A stretch of 63,749 nt of DNA, filler included, from Stramenopiles sp. TOSAG23-3 (taxonomy: Eukaryota), in NCBI GenBank assembly GCA_900128585.1. It is 3 parts of 3 records of this genome, joined end to end, with 100 filler letters (N's around TTAATTAATTAA, not from the genome) between each part and the next. Parts side by side here need not be neighbours in the genome. Positions count along the whole stretch, not along the records: positions 1 to 21,312 come from LT642360.1; 2 more parts are not named here. One strand, written 5' to 3'. Below are positions 1 through 10,450 of the stretch, in pieces. The position numbers and the translations under genes were made by a program. Each line of letters begins with the position of its first letter. The stretch's first letter is position 1. The notes under the pieces were generated by a model that was not told the DNA's origin, did no database searches, and worked only from the letters and a program-made list of their open reading frames with translations.

Positions 1-271
1 TTTCTTGCTAGAGTATTAGTTGTGCACGCGAACGGACGGACTAATAATGTAAACTTTAAAAAATGGAATGAACGGTTTTTTAACATCAAAGAGATGAGGT
101 CAATAGTTGCTGTGTATTTTTTTAGCAACGTGCTTCGATTGGTAATAATTCCCAAAGGCTTTCATCTTTGATCGAAGAAATTAGACACCACCTTGATTGA
201 ACAGCAGTTCGGTTGTTTGCCCTCTGTGTGTTGGCGAAGCTGTCCAGGCGCGTGAAGTAGGAGTTGGGACC

Positions 272-1570
272 ATGTATAGGAAATCATCCATAACAAGGGA
301 AGGGTGGGAGAAATTCAAACGAATTGATGTGACTGTTGACGCCAACAAATCTATGAACGACCGAAAAATGCGGGCTGAAAAATTATACAAACGCCGTGAA
401 CTTGTTTCGGAATTGTATGTGTACATCGTCGATAACGAGGAACTGCTGGAGCTTCTCTTCAAAAATATTTCTCGAGATTCGGACGGAAACGTGGACGTTA
501 GGCAATTTCATGGGTATTTGTGTGCTACAAAGGCGCTGGACTGCACCCCGCAAGAGCTGAAAAAAGTGTTCCTCAAAGTGCAAAACTACGGGCCCGTTCG
601 CGACCTGGACGCGTTTTTCAAAGCTTTGAAAAAATATAGATACATGTTAGCAAACGCCGCCCGCCCCTTAACTGCAACGGCTACACGACAGAACTTACGG
701 CCGCCAACGGCCAAACAGCGAGACGCACACAACAAACCCCTCGGCGAAACCGAGGCGGGAAGCAGCAAGATCGCCGCCGTGCCGAAACTCTCGCTTTCTC
801 GGCAAGGCAAGGAAAAGTCAAAGGTCTCTAGTGTTCCCGACTCTGTGCCGAAACTCTCGCTTTCTCAGCAAGGCCAGAAAAAGTCGAAGGTCTCTAGTGC
901 CCCTGGCCTGGCGAAGAAAAAGGAAGCCCCAACCTACAAAGTTGGAAAATGGGAACGAGAGGAGCTTCCATTTCGGGGTCGCCTAACGAAGCCGGCCTTG
1001 GGGTATGCTTTTAAATACACAGAATCGAAGACAAAGCCGAATGATTACTTGGACGAACGGTCGGTCGATGAATTTGCAGAGCTACTGCGGAAAGAACAGA
1101 CCGCAAGGAACGAGCGAGTATTTACGGCAAAACTTTACAGCTCTAGGCTGAAGAAGAAAGTTGTTGCGAGATTGGATGAGGAGAGAATTCTAGGATATTT
1201 GGAAGAGTGGATGGATACGAAATACTTGCGCATACGAGATGCGTTCTTGAAGATAGACAAAGATGGTAGTGGTGAGTTGGACATCAAAGAGTTTGGTGAA
1301 ATGTGCGTTTCCATGGGCCTGGAGCTGTCCAACATGGAGCTAGAGTGGGTGTTTTCAAGGATCGATACAGATGGCTCGAAAGAGATAAGTTTCCACGAAT
1401 TCGACACCCACATTCGGGCGCAGCGGCAAAAGTTGGCAATGCTGCGGAATGATAGAAGGGTTGGGGGCGACAAAGGCGATAGAACCGTTTATGCGAAACG
1501 TGATAGGGGTGCCAAGTCGGGGACGGACCTGGTCTTTCAGCCTCCCATGTTTGGGAGTTATCGGTACTGA
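272..1570 (+). CDS. EF-hand domain protein (C-terminal EF-hand pair)
   Basis: Long ORF with first ATG at 272; canonical loops DKDGSGELDIKEF and DTDGSKEISFHEF. Confidence 0.85.
   Translation: MYRKSSITREGWEKFKRIDVTVDANKSMNDRKMRAEKLYKRRELVSELYVYIVDNEELLELLFKNISRDSDGNVDVRQFHGYLCATKALDCTPQELKKVFLKVQNYGPVRDLDAFFKALKKYRYMLANAARPLTATATRQNLRPPTAKQRDAHNKPLGETEAGSSKIAAVPKLSLSRQGKEKSKVSSVPDSVPKLSLSQQGQKKSKVSSAPGLAKKKEAPTYKVGKWEREELPFRGRLTKPALGYAFKYTESKTKPNDYLDERSVDEFAELLRKEQTARNERVFTAKLYSSRLKKKVVARLDEERILGYLEEWMDTKYLRIRDAFLKIDKDGSGELDIKEFGEMCVSMGLELSNMELEWVFSRIDTDGSKEISFHEFDTHIRAQRQKLAMLRNDRRVGGDKGDRTVYAKRDRGAKSGTDLVFQPPMFGSYRY
779..899 (+). repeat. 66-bp intragenic tandem duplication (VPKLSLS.QG..KSKVSS x2)
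   Basis: gtgccgaaactctcgctttctc occurs at 779 and 845. Confidence 0.9.
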
Positions 1571-1753
1571 AAAATGTTTGTTTTAATTAACTACAACATG
1601 TATAGATTGCTCTATTAATACCGGTAGATACATTAGAACTACAAAGGAGTGAGGAGGAGGCTAATTGGACTAATATAATAATACCATCGCTCATCATCAT
1701 AGAGAAGAGAAGAATGAAGAATGATGGAGGATCGATTATTTTAATTTGATATT

Positions 1754-1802
1754 NNNNNNNNNNNNNNNNNNNNNNNNNNNNNNNNNNNNNNNNNNNNNNN
1801 NN
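1754..1802. other. scaffold gap (49 N)
   Basis: N run. Confidence 1.
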
Positions 1803-2041
1803 AAAAAATAAAATAATAATAAAACAGTTGTGATTAGACCTCCTCCACTGTTGTTTTTTAATGAAGTAAAGAAATTGTCGAGTATGTTTTTGTTGTAGAT
1901 ACAAAAAATAGCAACGACAAAAAATTTGAACGGTAGGTTGCTCATCATAGATTCATTACGTATTTGATCTTTACTGTTTCACCGAAAGTGTTTTGCTTCA
2001 ACTCCTCCCTTTGCTACAAGCACTTCCTACTGGAGACTAAT

Positions 2042-2917
2042 ATGGACATGGTAGACATGGTCAAAAGCTGGCCACCGACGTTGGTTCAATACGACCCTGT
2101 GCGAGGGCCTGAGCTGGACTACCACGCGGTTGGTACTTTGTTTCTCGTTTGCATGGTCTTTTGGACGTTGACCTATCGCGTTTGCAAGGGGGTTTTTATG
2201 ACGCAAGACTTTTCAGGGTACTCGCCGGGGAATCAGCAAAAACTAAAGGTCCTTGGGCCGGGATACATTTACAGCACTATCAACGCCGGCATATGCTTGT
2301 ATTACGGTTTCGCCGTGTTCACCGGATACCTGGCCGAGGAAAAGTTGTGCCAAACTGCGAACGTGGGCTGCTCATCCAGTGACATTGTCAATTCAAGCTT
2401 TATCGGGGGGGTATTTCTTATGACCTACCTAACACACGACGTCTTTGTGTGCTGGTTTTACCCTGTAGAGCTGGGCCAGAACGGGTGGGACGTTTTCATC
2501 CACCACTTCGTGTTTATCTTCTGCACTATCGCCGGCACAAGGGCCATGGCCATGCCATTTGCGTACAGCTGGTTGAGCCTGTGTGAGATATCAACCATTC
2601 CTTTGAATATTCGTTGGATGACCATTGTCTACGAAAAGGGTGACAGCGCCCTGTACCACATCATGTCGTACGCTTTTGTCCTCTGCTTCTTCGCGTTCCG
2701 TGTGACACTCTACACTTTTGGATTGTGGGACATTGTGACGCAAATGGACTCTATCGTAGCTTCCTTCAACACTTTCGACACGGTTCGAAGATGGTGTAGC
2801 TTTTTTGTCCTGTTCCTAGTGACCGCTGGTTGGTTACTGCAGTTGTATTGGTTTTTCTTCGGAATCCTGCCCATGCTGTTTAGAAAAGGAAAGAAAAAAA
2901 GCGAAAAGTCGGACTAA
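2042..2917 (+). CDS. TLC (TRAM/LAG1/CLN8) domain membrane protein, TMEM56-like
   Basis: Multiple TM segments; YLTHD, FIHH, EISTIPLNIRW and FFAFR motifs; lysine-rich C-terminus. Confidence 0.85.
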   Translation: MDMVDMVKSWPPTLVQYDPVRGPELDYHAVGTLFLVCMVFWTLTYRVCKGVFMTQDFSGYSPGNQQKLKVLGPGYIYSTINAGICLYYGFAVFTGYLAEEKLCQTANVGCSSSDIVNSSFIGGVFLMTYLTHDVFVCWFYPVELGQNGWDVFIHHFVFIFCTIAGTRAMAMPFAYSWLSLCEISTIPLNIRWMTIVYEKGDSALYHIMSYAFVLCFFAFRVTLYTFGLWDIVTQMDSIVASFNTFDTVRRWCSFFVLFLVTAGWLLQLYWFFFGILPMLFRKGKKKSEKSD

Positions 2918-3205
2918 CTCGTGAGCCTTAACTTGCCCGCGATGCTCCCAATTCATTTTTTAAAACAAATTTTTTGATGAATTTTCTTCTCGCCAAATGG
3001 AACGTTTGAGTGAGTGAGTAATCGTAAAAGCAAAATACATCTCTCTCTCATACCTCTAAATTTAGAATTTTTAAGCATTGCCGGAAAGAGTTAAAGTTAA
3101 TAATACGTTTAAATCAATTTCCGTATTCTTTAAAAAGCATTTTTTTTAATTTACAAGATGTATGTTACATGTTATAACTTACGAGGAAGATAAATTTTAA
3201 TATTA

Positions 3206-3685
3206 TTGTTATTGAAAGACCCGAATACGAAGAAAGTAGAAAATTACTACGGTCTAAAAAACAATGTGTTTGTATTGCAGGAGTACAAAACATCGCGCAG
3301 GTACTTCCAGATGCGATTTCCTCTCACTCGAACAGCATTGAAATCCGTCTTTGGTTCTTTTGGTACTCTGAGGAATATCATTCAGAATAGTGTAAAAGTA
3401 TACCCCAGACAGTACTTAATTGTAAACCCGAACAATGGAAAACCGTACGCTACGCTATCCTCCACCATTAGCACCGTCTTCAGCAAGCCTCAATTGTTAG
3501 AAGCAAACAATGGCAACCCAATCAGCGCCAATATACTTCGGCATAGTTATGTGACGTACATGTGGAAAAAGAAGAAAATCAATGATGCACAAAAGAAAGA
3601 TTTGGCTCGACTCATGCTCCACCAAGTCGGCACTGCCGAGAGCTCCTACTTACAGAAGCTCGACGACTTCGTGGAAAGCGATTAA
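3206..3685 (+). pseudogene. tyrosine recombinase C-terminal fragment, Polinton-like virus/virophage type
   Basis: YKTSRRY, then ANILRHSYVT (box II LRH), then DLARLMLH...AESSY (catalytic H and Y). No ATG start and the N-terminal catalytic Arg region is absent. Confidence 0.8.
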
Positions 3686-3689
3686 TACT

Positions 3690-4035
3690 ATTTTTTATTG
3701 TAATTTACCTCCCGAAGACGTACCCTTATTATTAAAAGGTGGTACTGGCGAGACGTACTTAAAAGCTATCGTACAATTAAGTGGTAAGTGTTGTGTACAA
3801 CCCGGCGAGGCGGCAGGTGCTCACAGTTTAATACAAGAAATTCAAATCTTTGATAATTCTTATCAATTGCTCGATCAGCTCGAAAATTACAATGCGTGGA
3901 CAGCTACTAAATTCCACTATGACCAGACCAGGGGTCTGAACAACATGCGCGCTTTAATGGAAGGAAAATCCAAAGTTCAAGGCAACTTTTTAACCTCACT
4001 CTACTGGGAAGGCAACGCCGCGGCCGACTATTGGC
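3690..4035 (+). pseudogene. Polinton-like virus major capsid protein N-terminal fragment
   Basis: LPP..VPLL...ETYLKAIVQLSG...AGAHSLIQEIQIFD...LLDQLENYNAWTATKFHYD..RGLNNMRALMEG matches the PLV MCP N-terminal pattern as I recall it; truncated at both ends. Confidence 0.7.
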
Positions 4036-4237
4036 CACTCCATTGGAGAACACAGCACGCGTTGCATTTACCCACGCGGTAACCGGGAACACACAAGAGT
4101 GGAACGCTACTTCAGGATCAGTTTATTATATTATTAACCACCAATTTTGTTTATAGTATCGCTTACCCACATCTTATAAATTATTATTTATTGGTATACA
4201 TAAAAGGTGTCTTTTTGTTTATTAAATATTTTTTTTT

Positions 4238-4730
4238 AGAGCGAGCCTGATTTTGGTGCGTATTTTAGTGTTGTTCCCCTGGTAATAAAAATTAAAAGAC
4301 GTGTCTTTTGTTTGTTTGTTAACATTTTTTTTTCTTCTTTTTGTTTATTAGTCTATACGTCTATTTTTAGAGCGAGCCTGATTTTGGTGCGTATTTTAGT
4401 GTTGTTCCCCTGGTAATAAAAATTGCGATTTGTTTAATTGTTAACATTTATTTTTTGTTAAAATATATTTTCTTCTTTTTTTGTTTATTTTATTTATTTT
4501 TTTTTAGAGCGAGCCTGATTTTGGTGCGTATTTTAGCGTTGTTCCCCTGGTAATAATTGCGATTTAAAAGACGTGTCTTTTTATGTATACCAATATAATC
4601 TCTTCTTTTTGTTTATTTGTTAACATTTATTTTCTTCTTTTTTTGTTTATTTATTTTATTTTTTTTTGAGCGAGCCTTATTTTGGTGTGTATTTTAGTGT
4701 TATTCCCCTGTTAATAAAAATTGCGATTTT
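4238..4730 (+). repeat. 4-copy tandem repeat with a ~56-bp conserved core, adjacent to the PLV relic
   Basis: GAGCGAGCCTGATTTTGGTGCGTATTTTAGTGTTGTTCCCCTGGTAATAA starts near 4238, 4369, 4506 and 4668. Confidence 0.95.
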
Positions 4731-4925
4731 TCAACACGTATTATTGGAATTATATATTATTTTTATATTGGTATACACAAACGTCTTGTACCGTACATTA
4801 CGACAACGACAATTCGCTTATCTCTGCCTTACAAGTACAACATCTTGATTTTTATGAAATTTCTATGATCGCTTTAAGTCTTTACAAAATTATCTCCCTA
4901 CAAGATTAACCCCGATAGAAAAATA

Positions 4926-7721
4926 ATGAAGGTATATACTACGTTGATTTCACTCCTTGCGGTGCTCCTTGTATGTAATGCATTGGAATCTACTGACCCA
5001 ATTGTGGTAGGCCAAACCTTTCTAGCGGGATCTACTGATCCCACATCAGGAAGCACAGGATGGGCACTGGCGAGCCATGGGATTGCAGAAAAACTCTTCA
5101 CAGTCGACAAAGAGGGTGAGATCATTGGCCAAATAGCAAAATCAGTCCACAAAGTGAGCAACACCACCTGGGATGTCACGCTAAAGTCTGGATACAAATT
5201 CTCCGATGGTACTGTCGTCAATGCCAAGCATGTGGCCGACTGTCTACTGGAATTGAACAAGAAAAATCCTTCTGCGCAGTCATCATTGGATGTTATGACA
5301 ACCACGTCACGCGGAGAACTTGTGGTCCGGATCGAATCCTCACGCGTGACCCACGTAATGGATGCCGTGCTCGCAGAGTGGGTCTTCGTGGTGTACCTGA
5401 AGAAGGGCAATGGTTTTGTCTTTACTGGACCATACGTTGTCGATAAGTTTGTTGCCGGTAGTCATATTGACTTGGTGCCAAACGAGTTTTATAACCAAGC
5501 TAGTAGGCGGTCCAAGCTTACTGTCAAGAAGGTTTCTGGTGGAGACGCACTTGCCGCTGCTCTGGAAAACAACGAAGTGGACGTTGCATTCCACCTGCCT
5601 GTTGACAAACTTGCCGGCCTCCGTGCGAAGGACAATCTTCACATCAAATCTTTTGAGGTGGGATATCACTACATGGCATTTCATAATATCCGCAACGATC
5701 ACATGGCGGATTTGCGCGTGCGACAGGCTATTGATTTTGCAATCGACCGCGTTGCATTATCAGCGGCTCTGGATGGCGGGAGGGGAACACGCAGTCTCTT
5801 CCCGGACTACACACCCTACTTCTCCGACACCTCAAGCCCTGTTGCAAATTTGAGCGGGGCAGCAGCACTGCCTGTTTACGACGGACATTCCAACAAGACG
5901 GACGACGTCAAGAGGATTGTCTTTGCGCGAAACATGAATCACTGGGATGGCGTTCCCGATGGCTCCGTCACTTTCATGCACCTTGTTCGCCACGGTAGCG
6001 CCGAAGAGGTAAAGTCTGCCCTTCTCAACAATACTCTTGATATTGTCGTGGGCGATGGTGTCATGCACCCGGCGGATATCGAAGAGTTCAGGACACAGCG
6101 AAGTCCAAACTTTCACGTGTATCTGACTGAGCCACTCCAAAATCGTATCGTCATCTTCAACACAGCAAAAGCCCCGACAAATGATATAAAGACCCGCAAA
6201 AGCATTATCCATGCGGTGGACAAGGCGTCGATTATCGAGAAAGAGCTTGGTATCCTTGCAAAGCCCGTGAACAATCTATTTCCACAGAAAGCTCCTTACT
6301 GCGACGTGGAACTGACACCGCAATGGGACTACGACATGGAAAAGGCACGCCTGCTCAACTGTGAGAACCAGCGCGAGGTTACATACACATCCTGCGGTGT
6401 CCAGCATACGCTGACCAAAACTCCATCACGAGTGGTGACAATGAATCAAGGTGTCACTGAGTTCATGCTTGCGATGGGTCTCGCCGACAAAATGATTGGC
6501 ACGGCTTACCTCGACGATACCATTTGGCCAAAATATGCGGATGCGTATAGCGGCATACCCGTCCTTTCATCAAGCTATCCAGACGAAGCCACATTGATGA
6601 GCGCGACACCGGACTTTATTCTCGGCTCGTATGCGAGCGCATTTCGTGAGAAGACGTGCACAGATAAGTGCCGTGGAATTTTCAGTAGTGCCACAATTGG
6701 ACCATGCAATGGTCTAGGATCTGACCGTTTTGAATCAGGCTCAAATGCGACCACGAAGTACAGCACCTGTCGTCCTCAGCTGCACGATGCGGGGGTTGGA
6801 ACTTGGCTCGAACCAGTGTCATGCGAAGATGGCACACTAAGGCCCCAGGGCGGAGCAACGGAGGAGACAGTATACGCGGCCATTCGCCAAATTGGAGAGA
6901 TATTTGATACGCAGCACGTGGCCGAGCAACTCGTCACTGAAATCAGGAACGACTTTGCCGTCGCAGAGCAAGCGGTGGGAAACCTTGAAGCCGAGCTGAA
7001 GACTGTCTGGTTGGACTGCGTTGACTGCTGCAAGAGCGAAAATGGAGAAAGGACGGGCCTCTTTGTCGGAGCAGGCACCGGAGCGCCGAATCTAATCATG
7101 CAAGAGGCCGGTCTGAAAAATGTATTTGCAGGCATCAACGGTAGTTGGACATGTGTGACTGCAGGCGCCATTTTGGCTGCCAAGCCCGATGTGATGGTGA
7201 TCGTGGATGCTTCATGGGACACAGCGATGTCAAAAATTGACTTCTTGCACAACCACAATGAATTTTGCAACGCAAAATTTGTGAAGGGAGCTGATTACAT
7301 AAGCATCCCATTTAGTGCATCCACTCTAGGTCCTCGCAACGGAGCAGCTGCGCTTGATATGGCACTGGCTGCCATACACTTGACCACTGGCAGCACAACC
7401 GTTGATTTCAGATCTGGAGTAAAATTCATGAGCCCGGAAGCGCTTGAAAAGCGAACCGCTGGACTCAGATGCCCATTTGACTCAAAATCCAGCACAACTC
7501 AAGCACAGACTGATGCGATAAGCTCTGCTACCGGTATACCCGCCTTGGGCAGTGCCCTCATATGCATCTTTGCAATTCTTTTTGTTATCACCGCCACGTT
7601 CTTGTACGTCATGATTCGTCGCGAGAGACAGGGCAATCCCATGTTTACGTCTTTGTTAAACGCAGAAGTCGACCCGGGCGTGGAATTTACTGCTAGGAAG
7701 GAGGTGAATGTTGTAGTTTAA
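4926..7721 (+). CDS. membrane-anchored multi-domain solute-binding protein (family-5 NikA/Opp-like parts plus class III Fe/B12-type SBP)
   Basis: Signal peptide; KFSDGTVVNA, GPY, DLRVRQAIDFAIDR; TPSRVVTMNQGVTEFMLAMGL; single C-terminal TM helix. Confidence 0.85.
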   Translation: MKVYTTLISLLAVLLVCNALESTDPIVVGQTFLAGSTDPTSGSTGWALASHGIAEKLFTVDKEGEIIGQIAKSVHKVSNTTWDVTLKSGYKFSDGTVVNAKHVADCLLELNKKNPSAQSSLDVMTTTSRGELVVRIESSRVTHVMDAVLAEWVFVVYLKKGNGFVFTGPYVVDKFVAGSHIDLVPNEFYNQASRRSKLTVKKVSGGDALAAALENNEVDVAFHLPVDKLAGLRAKDNLHIKSFEVGYHYMAFHNIRNDHMADLRVRQAIDFAIDRVALSAALDGGRGTRSLFPDYTPYFSDTSSPVANLSGAAALPVYDGHSNKTDDVKRIVFARNMNHWDGVPDGSVTFMHLVRHGSAEEVKSALLNNTLDIVVGDGVMHPADIEEFRTQRSPNFHVYLTEPLQNRIVIFNTAKAPTNDIKTRKSIIHAVDKASIIEKELGILAKPVNNLFPQKAPYCDVELTPQWDYDMEKARLLNCENQREVTYTSCGVQHTLTKTPSRVVTMNQGVTEFMLAMGLADKMIGTAYLDDTIWPKYADAYSGIPVLSSSYPDEATLMSATPDFILGSYASAFREKTCTDKCRGIFSSATIGPCNGLGSDRFESGSNATTKYSTCRPQLHDAGVGTWLEPVSCEDGTLRPQGGATEETVYAAIRQIGEIFDTQHVAEQLVTEIRNDFAVAEQAVGNLEAELKTVWLDCVDCCKSENGERTGLFVGAGTGAPNLIMQEAGLKNVFAGINGSWTCVTAGAILAAKPDVMVIVDASWDTAMSKIDFLHNHNEFCNAKFVKGADYISIPFSASTLGPRNGAAALDMALAAIHLTTGSTTVDFRSGVKFMSPEALEKRTAGLRCPFDSKSSTTQAQTDAISSATGIPALGSALICIFAILFVITATFLYVMIRRERQGNPMFTSLLNAEVDPGVEFTARKEVNVVV

Positions 7722-8330
7722 GAGTTTTACTGTGTTCTTTCTGCACAAACCTCATCCATTAGCCTCCTCATTGTGCGATAAATGAAATTGTAGGAAGTTC
7801 GAAACGATCAATGAAAGTCGCGTCGGTTCAACTGAATTAATTGTGGCGAGCAAACCTCAGATTATATAATTATATTATACTCTATCGATATATCGTAGTA
7901 TCAAAAAATACTTAATATTATAAATGTATAATATTAAGTACTGTACTATTATTATATATAAATAATAATATTATAATATCCCACCAAAAAATACTTATAA
8001 ATAAAAATATAACAGACGACTATAGTAGTAGACGAATGAATATAAAATAAGCCAAATATTTATTACCTCCTCCTGGGAAGACGACATGCTGTGGCAGCAT
8101 ATTATAATATTAGTCCTCGTATTTAAAAGAAAGTGTGTGGAGAGTATACTTATTTATTTGTGTGGTTTTTGAATCTAAAATATAATTATACATATACAAT
8201 ATGAGATAATACATGTTTGTGGAGATTGCATTATTCTAATGTAAGAATTAAACCTGGTTGTTGCTATTTGCTCCTTGTTTTCCTTCTGTCTTTTGAACGG
8301 AAAAATTCGTGCACCTTGAAGAATTGTACA

Positions 8331-9995
8331 ATGGAAGGCCCAACCTTTTGGTCGCGATTGGTAAAGACTGCGTTCACGGTGAAGCACGTCGTGGCCCGTT
8401 CGCAGGAAGAGAGCTTGGTGCGCAAATTGGGGCGGTGGGACCTTACGTTGCTGGGGGTCGGTGCATCTATTGGCGCTGGAATATTTGTGCTTACGGGTAT
8501 TGCGGCAAAGCAAGCTGGGCCCGCGGTATGCTTCTCCTTCCTTCTGGCGGCGGCTATGTGCGTCCTGAACGCGCTGGCCTATGCGGAACTCAGTAGCCGT
8601 TTCCCCGAAAGTGGAAGTGCTTACCTCTATGCCTACTTGGTGTTCGGCGAAGTCGTTGCTATTGTTGCGGGGGTGAACTTGCTGATTGACTACCATGTTG
8701 GCGCGGCATCGATTGCCCGTTCGTTGGTGGGATATTTTGCCCAGCTGTGCAAAGACGTTCACATCCACTTGCCCCAGTTCTTAGTCAGCCTCCCGTTGCC
8801 GTCCGTCCCGTTCCTCTCGCTGTCGTTATTAGCCCCGCTTATTCTGCTTGCCATCACCATGGTTTTGGTGCGGGGCGTACAAGAGAGCAGTTCCGTCTCA
8901 AATGCGTTGACGGTCCTGAAAATTTTTATCGTGCTGCTTGTCATTGGGGCGGGTGTCACAGTGTCCGATAGTAAAAACTTAGCGCCGTTTGCCCCCAAGG
9001 GCGCGAACGGCGTGATAGAGGCCAGCGCCCTGGTGTTTTTTGCGTACATTGGGTTTGATGCAGTGAGCAACACGGCCGAAGAGTGCGTTCAGCCCCAGAG
9101 AGACTTGCCTTTTGGGATCATTGCCTCCCTGCTCGTTTGCGCGACCCTCTACATGGGTGTAACGTTGGTGCTGTGCAGCGTTGTTCCTTATGAAAAAATA
9201 GATGAGGACGCTCCGTTGACGACCGCTTTCAAGGGGCACGGAATGCACTGGATCGAACTGGTTGTTGACATGGGGGCAGTAATTGGTCTTTCAACAACGT
9301 TGCTCGTTGGCCTGTACTCCCAAGCGCGGATCTATCTCGGCATTGCCCGCGACGGTTTGTTGCCCAAACGGCTAGCCGCGGTTGACCCTAAAAGCGGTAC
9401 TCCTGTCATGTCCCAAATGGTATGCTTTGTCGTGGCAGGCGCCCTTGCTTTGTTCTTCGATGTGAAGCGCCTTTCGAGCGTCTTGTCGATCGGGATCATG
9501 TTTGCGTACACCACGGTGTGCGCTGCGGTACTCTACCTTCGCGTTGCCCCCGTGGAAAAGCCTATACTAACCCCGTTGCTCTCCTTGGTCGGGGCCTTTG
9601 CTCTAGCGTCTGGGTTTTGTTCGCGATACAAAGCACCGCTCATCGTGATGTACATGTGCAGTGGCATGGCCGTGCTCACCCTGACGATGCTCTGCTGTCG
9701 GTTGAACTTTAAAGCGCCTACGAACGAGAACGTGTTCGCGTGCCCATGGGTGCCTTTGCTGCCCTCGCTCGGCGTTGCTTTCAACCTGTTCATGATGGCA
9801 CAGCTGGCCTGGGAAGCATGGGTACGACTTGCTGTAGTAACTGTTATCGTCCTCTGCGCGTACGCTTGGAAGGTGTGGGGCGACGATCCAAACAGTAAGG
9901 TTGAAGGGGATTCGGACTCCCCGACAACTGCACCATTGTTGGGAACCCAAAATACATACGGTTCGACAGAAAGGGGGGTCGGGGGACTGAACTGA
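8331..9995 (+). CDS. cationic amino acid transporter (APC/CAT family)
   Basis: GVGASIGAGIFVLTG, YAEL, GSAYLYAY, FFAYIGFD, ARDGLLP, FACPWVP. Confidence 0.95.
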   Translation: MEGPTFWSRLVKTAFTVKHVVARSQEESLVRKLGRWDLTLLGVGASIGAGIFVLTGIAAKQAGPAVCFSFLLAAAMCVLNALAYAELSSRFPESGSAYLYAYLVFGEVVAIVAGVNLLIDYHVGAASIARSLVGYFAQLCKDVHIHLPQFLVSLPLPSVPFLSLSLLAPLILLAITMVLVRGVQESSSVSNALTVLKIFIVLLVIGAGVTVSDSKNLAPFAPKGANGVIEASALVFFAYIGFDAVSNTAEECVQPQRDLPFGIIASLLVCATLYMGVTLVLCSVVPYEKIDEDAPLTTAFKGHGMHWIELVVDMGAVIGLSTTLLVGLYSQARIYLGIARDGLLPKRLAAVDPKSGTPVMSQMVCFVVAGALALFFDVKRLSSVLSIGIMFAYTTVCAAVLYLRVAPVEKPILTPLLSLVGAFALASGFCSRYKAPLIVMYMCSGMAVLTLTMLCCRLNFKAPTNENVFACPWVPLLPSLGVAFNLFMMAQLAWEAWVRLAVVTVIVLCAYAWKVWGDDPNSKVEGDSDSPTTAPLLGTQNTYGSTERGVGGLN

Positions 9996-10450
9996 TTTTG
10001 ATGATGATCCATGTAACGCGTACCTCGGTAAAAAAAATATGTATATAATCCCCTGTTAATTATTTATATATTCTAATACCATTATGATACAGTATGTTTA
10101 TACAAGGACAAAGCGAAGAAGGGCAACTTCTTCTTTTCTGATGATATCTGATTTCTTCTACTATAAATAAACCTACCGTACCGTACCTGGTATTACCTGT
10201 ACCAGTAATAGTATTATTCTACAGTAGTAGAAAAAAATAACTACTCTTTGTTGTGATGAAGAAGAACATTATCATGCTCTTCTTGAAGTATATTTATTAC
10301 ACACAACAGAGATGCGAAGGATAATTGTGTAAAATACAAATTGGAATATTCAAATCATTTTCATCTCAGATACAAGGTGTATTAGTTGAATTGAACAGCA
10401 GGAATAGAATAGCATCCTCGGAGAACCTCTTTTTCACAAAACAAACAAAG

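Noticed and set aside
4238-4730. CRISPR array
   Set aside because: Repeats are too long, spacers are related to each other and low-complexity, there are no cas genes, and the context is eukaryotic.
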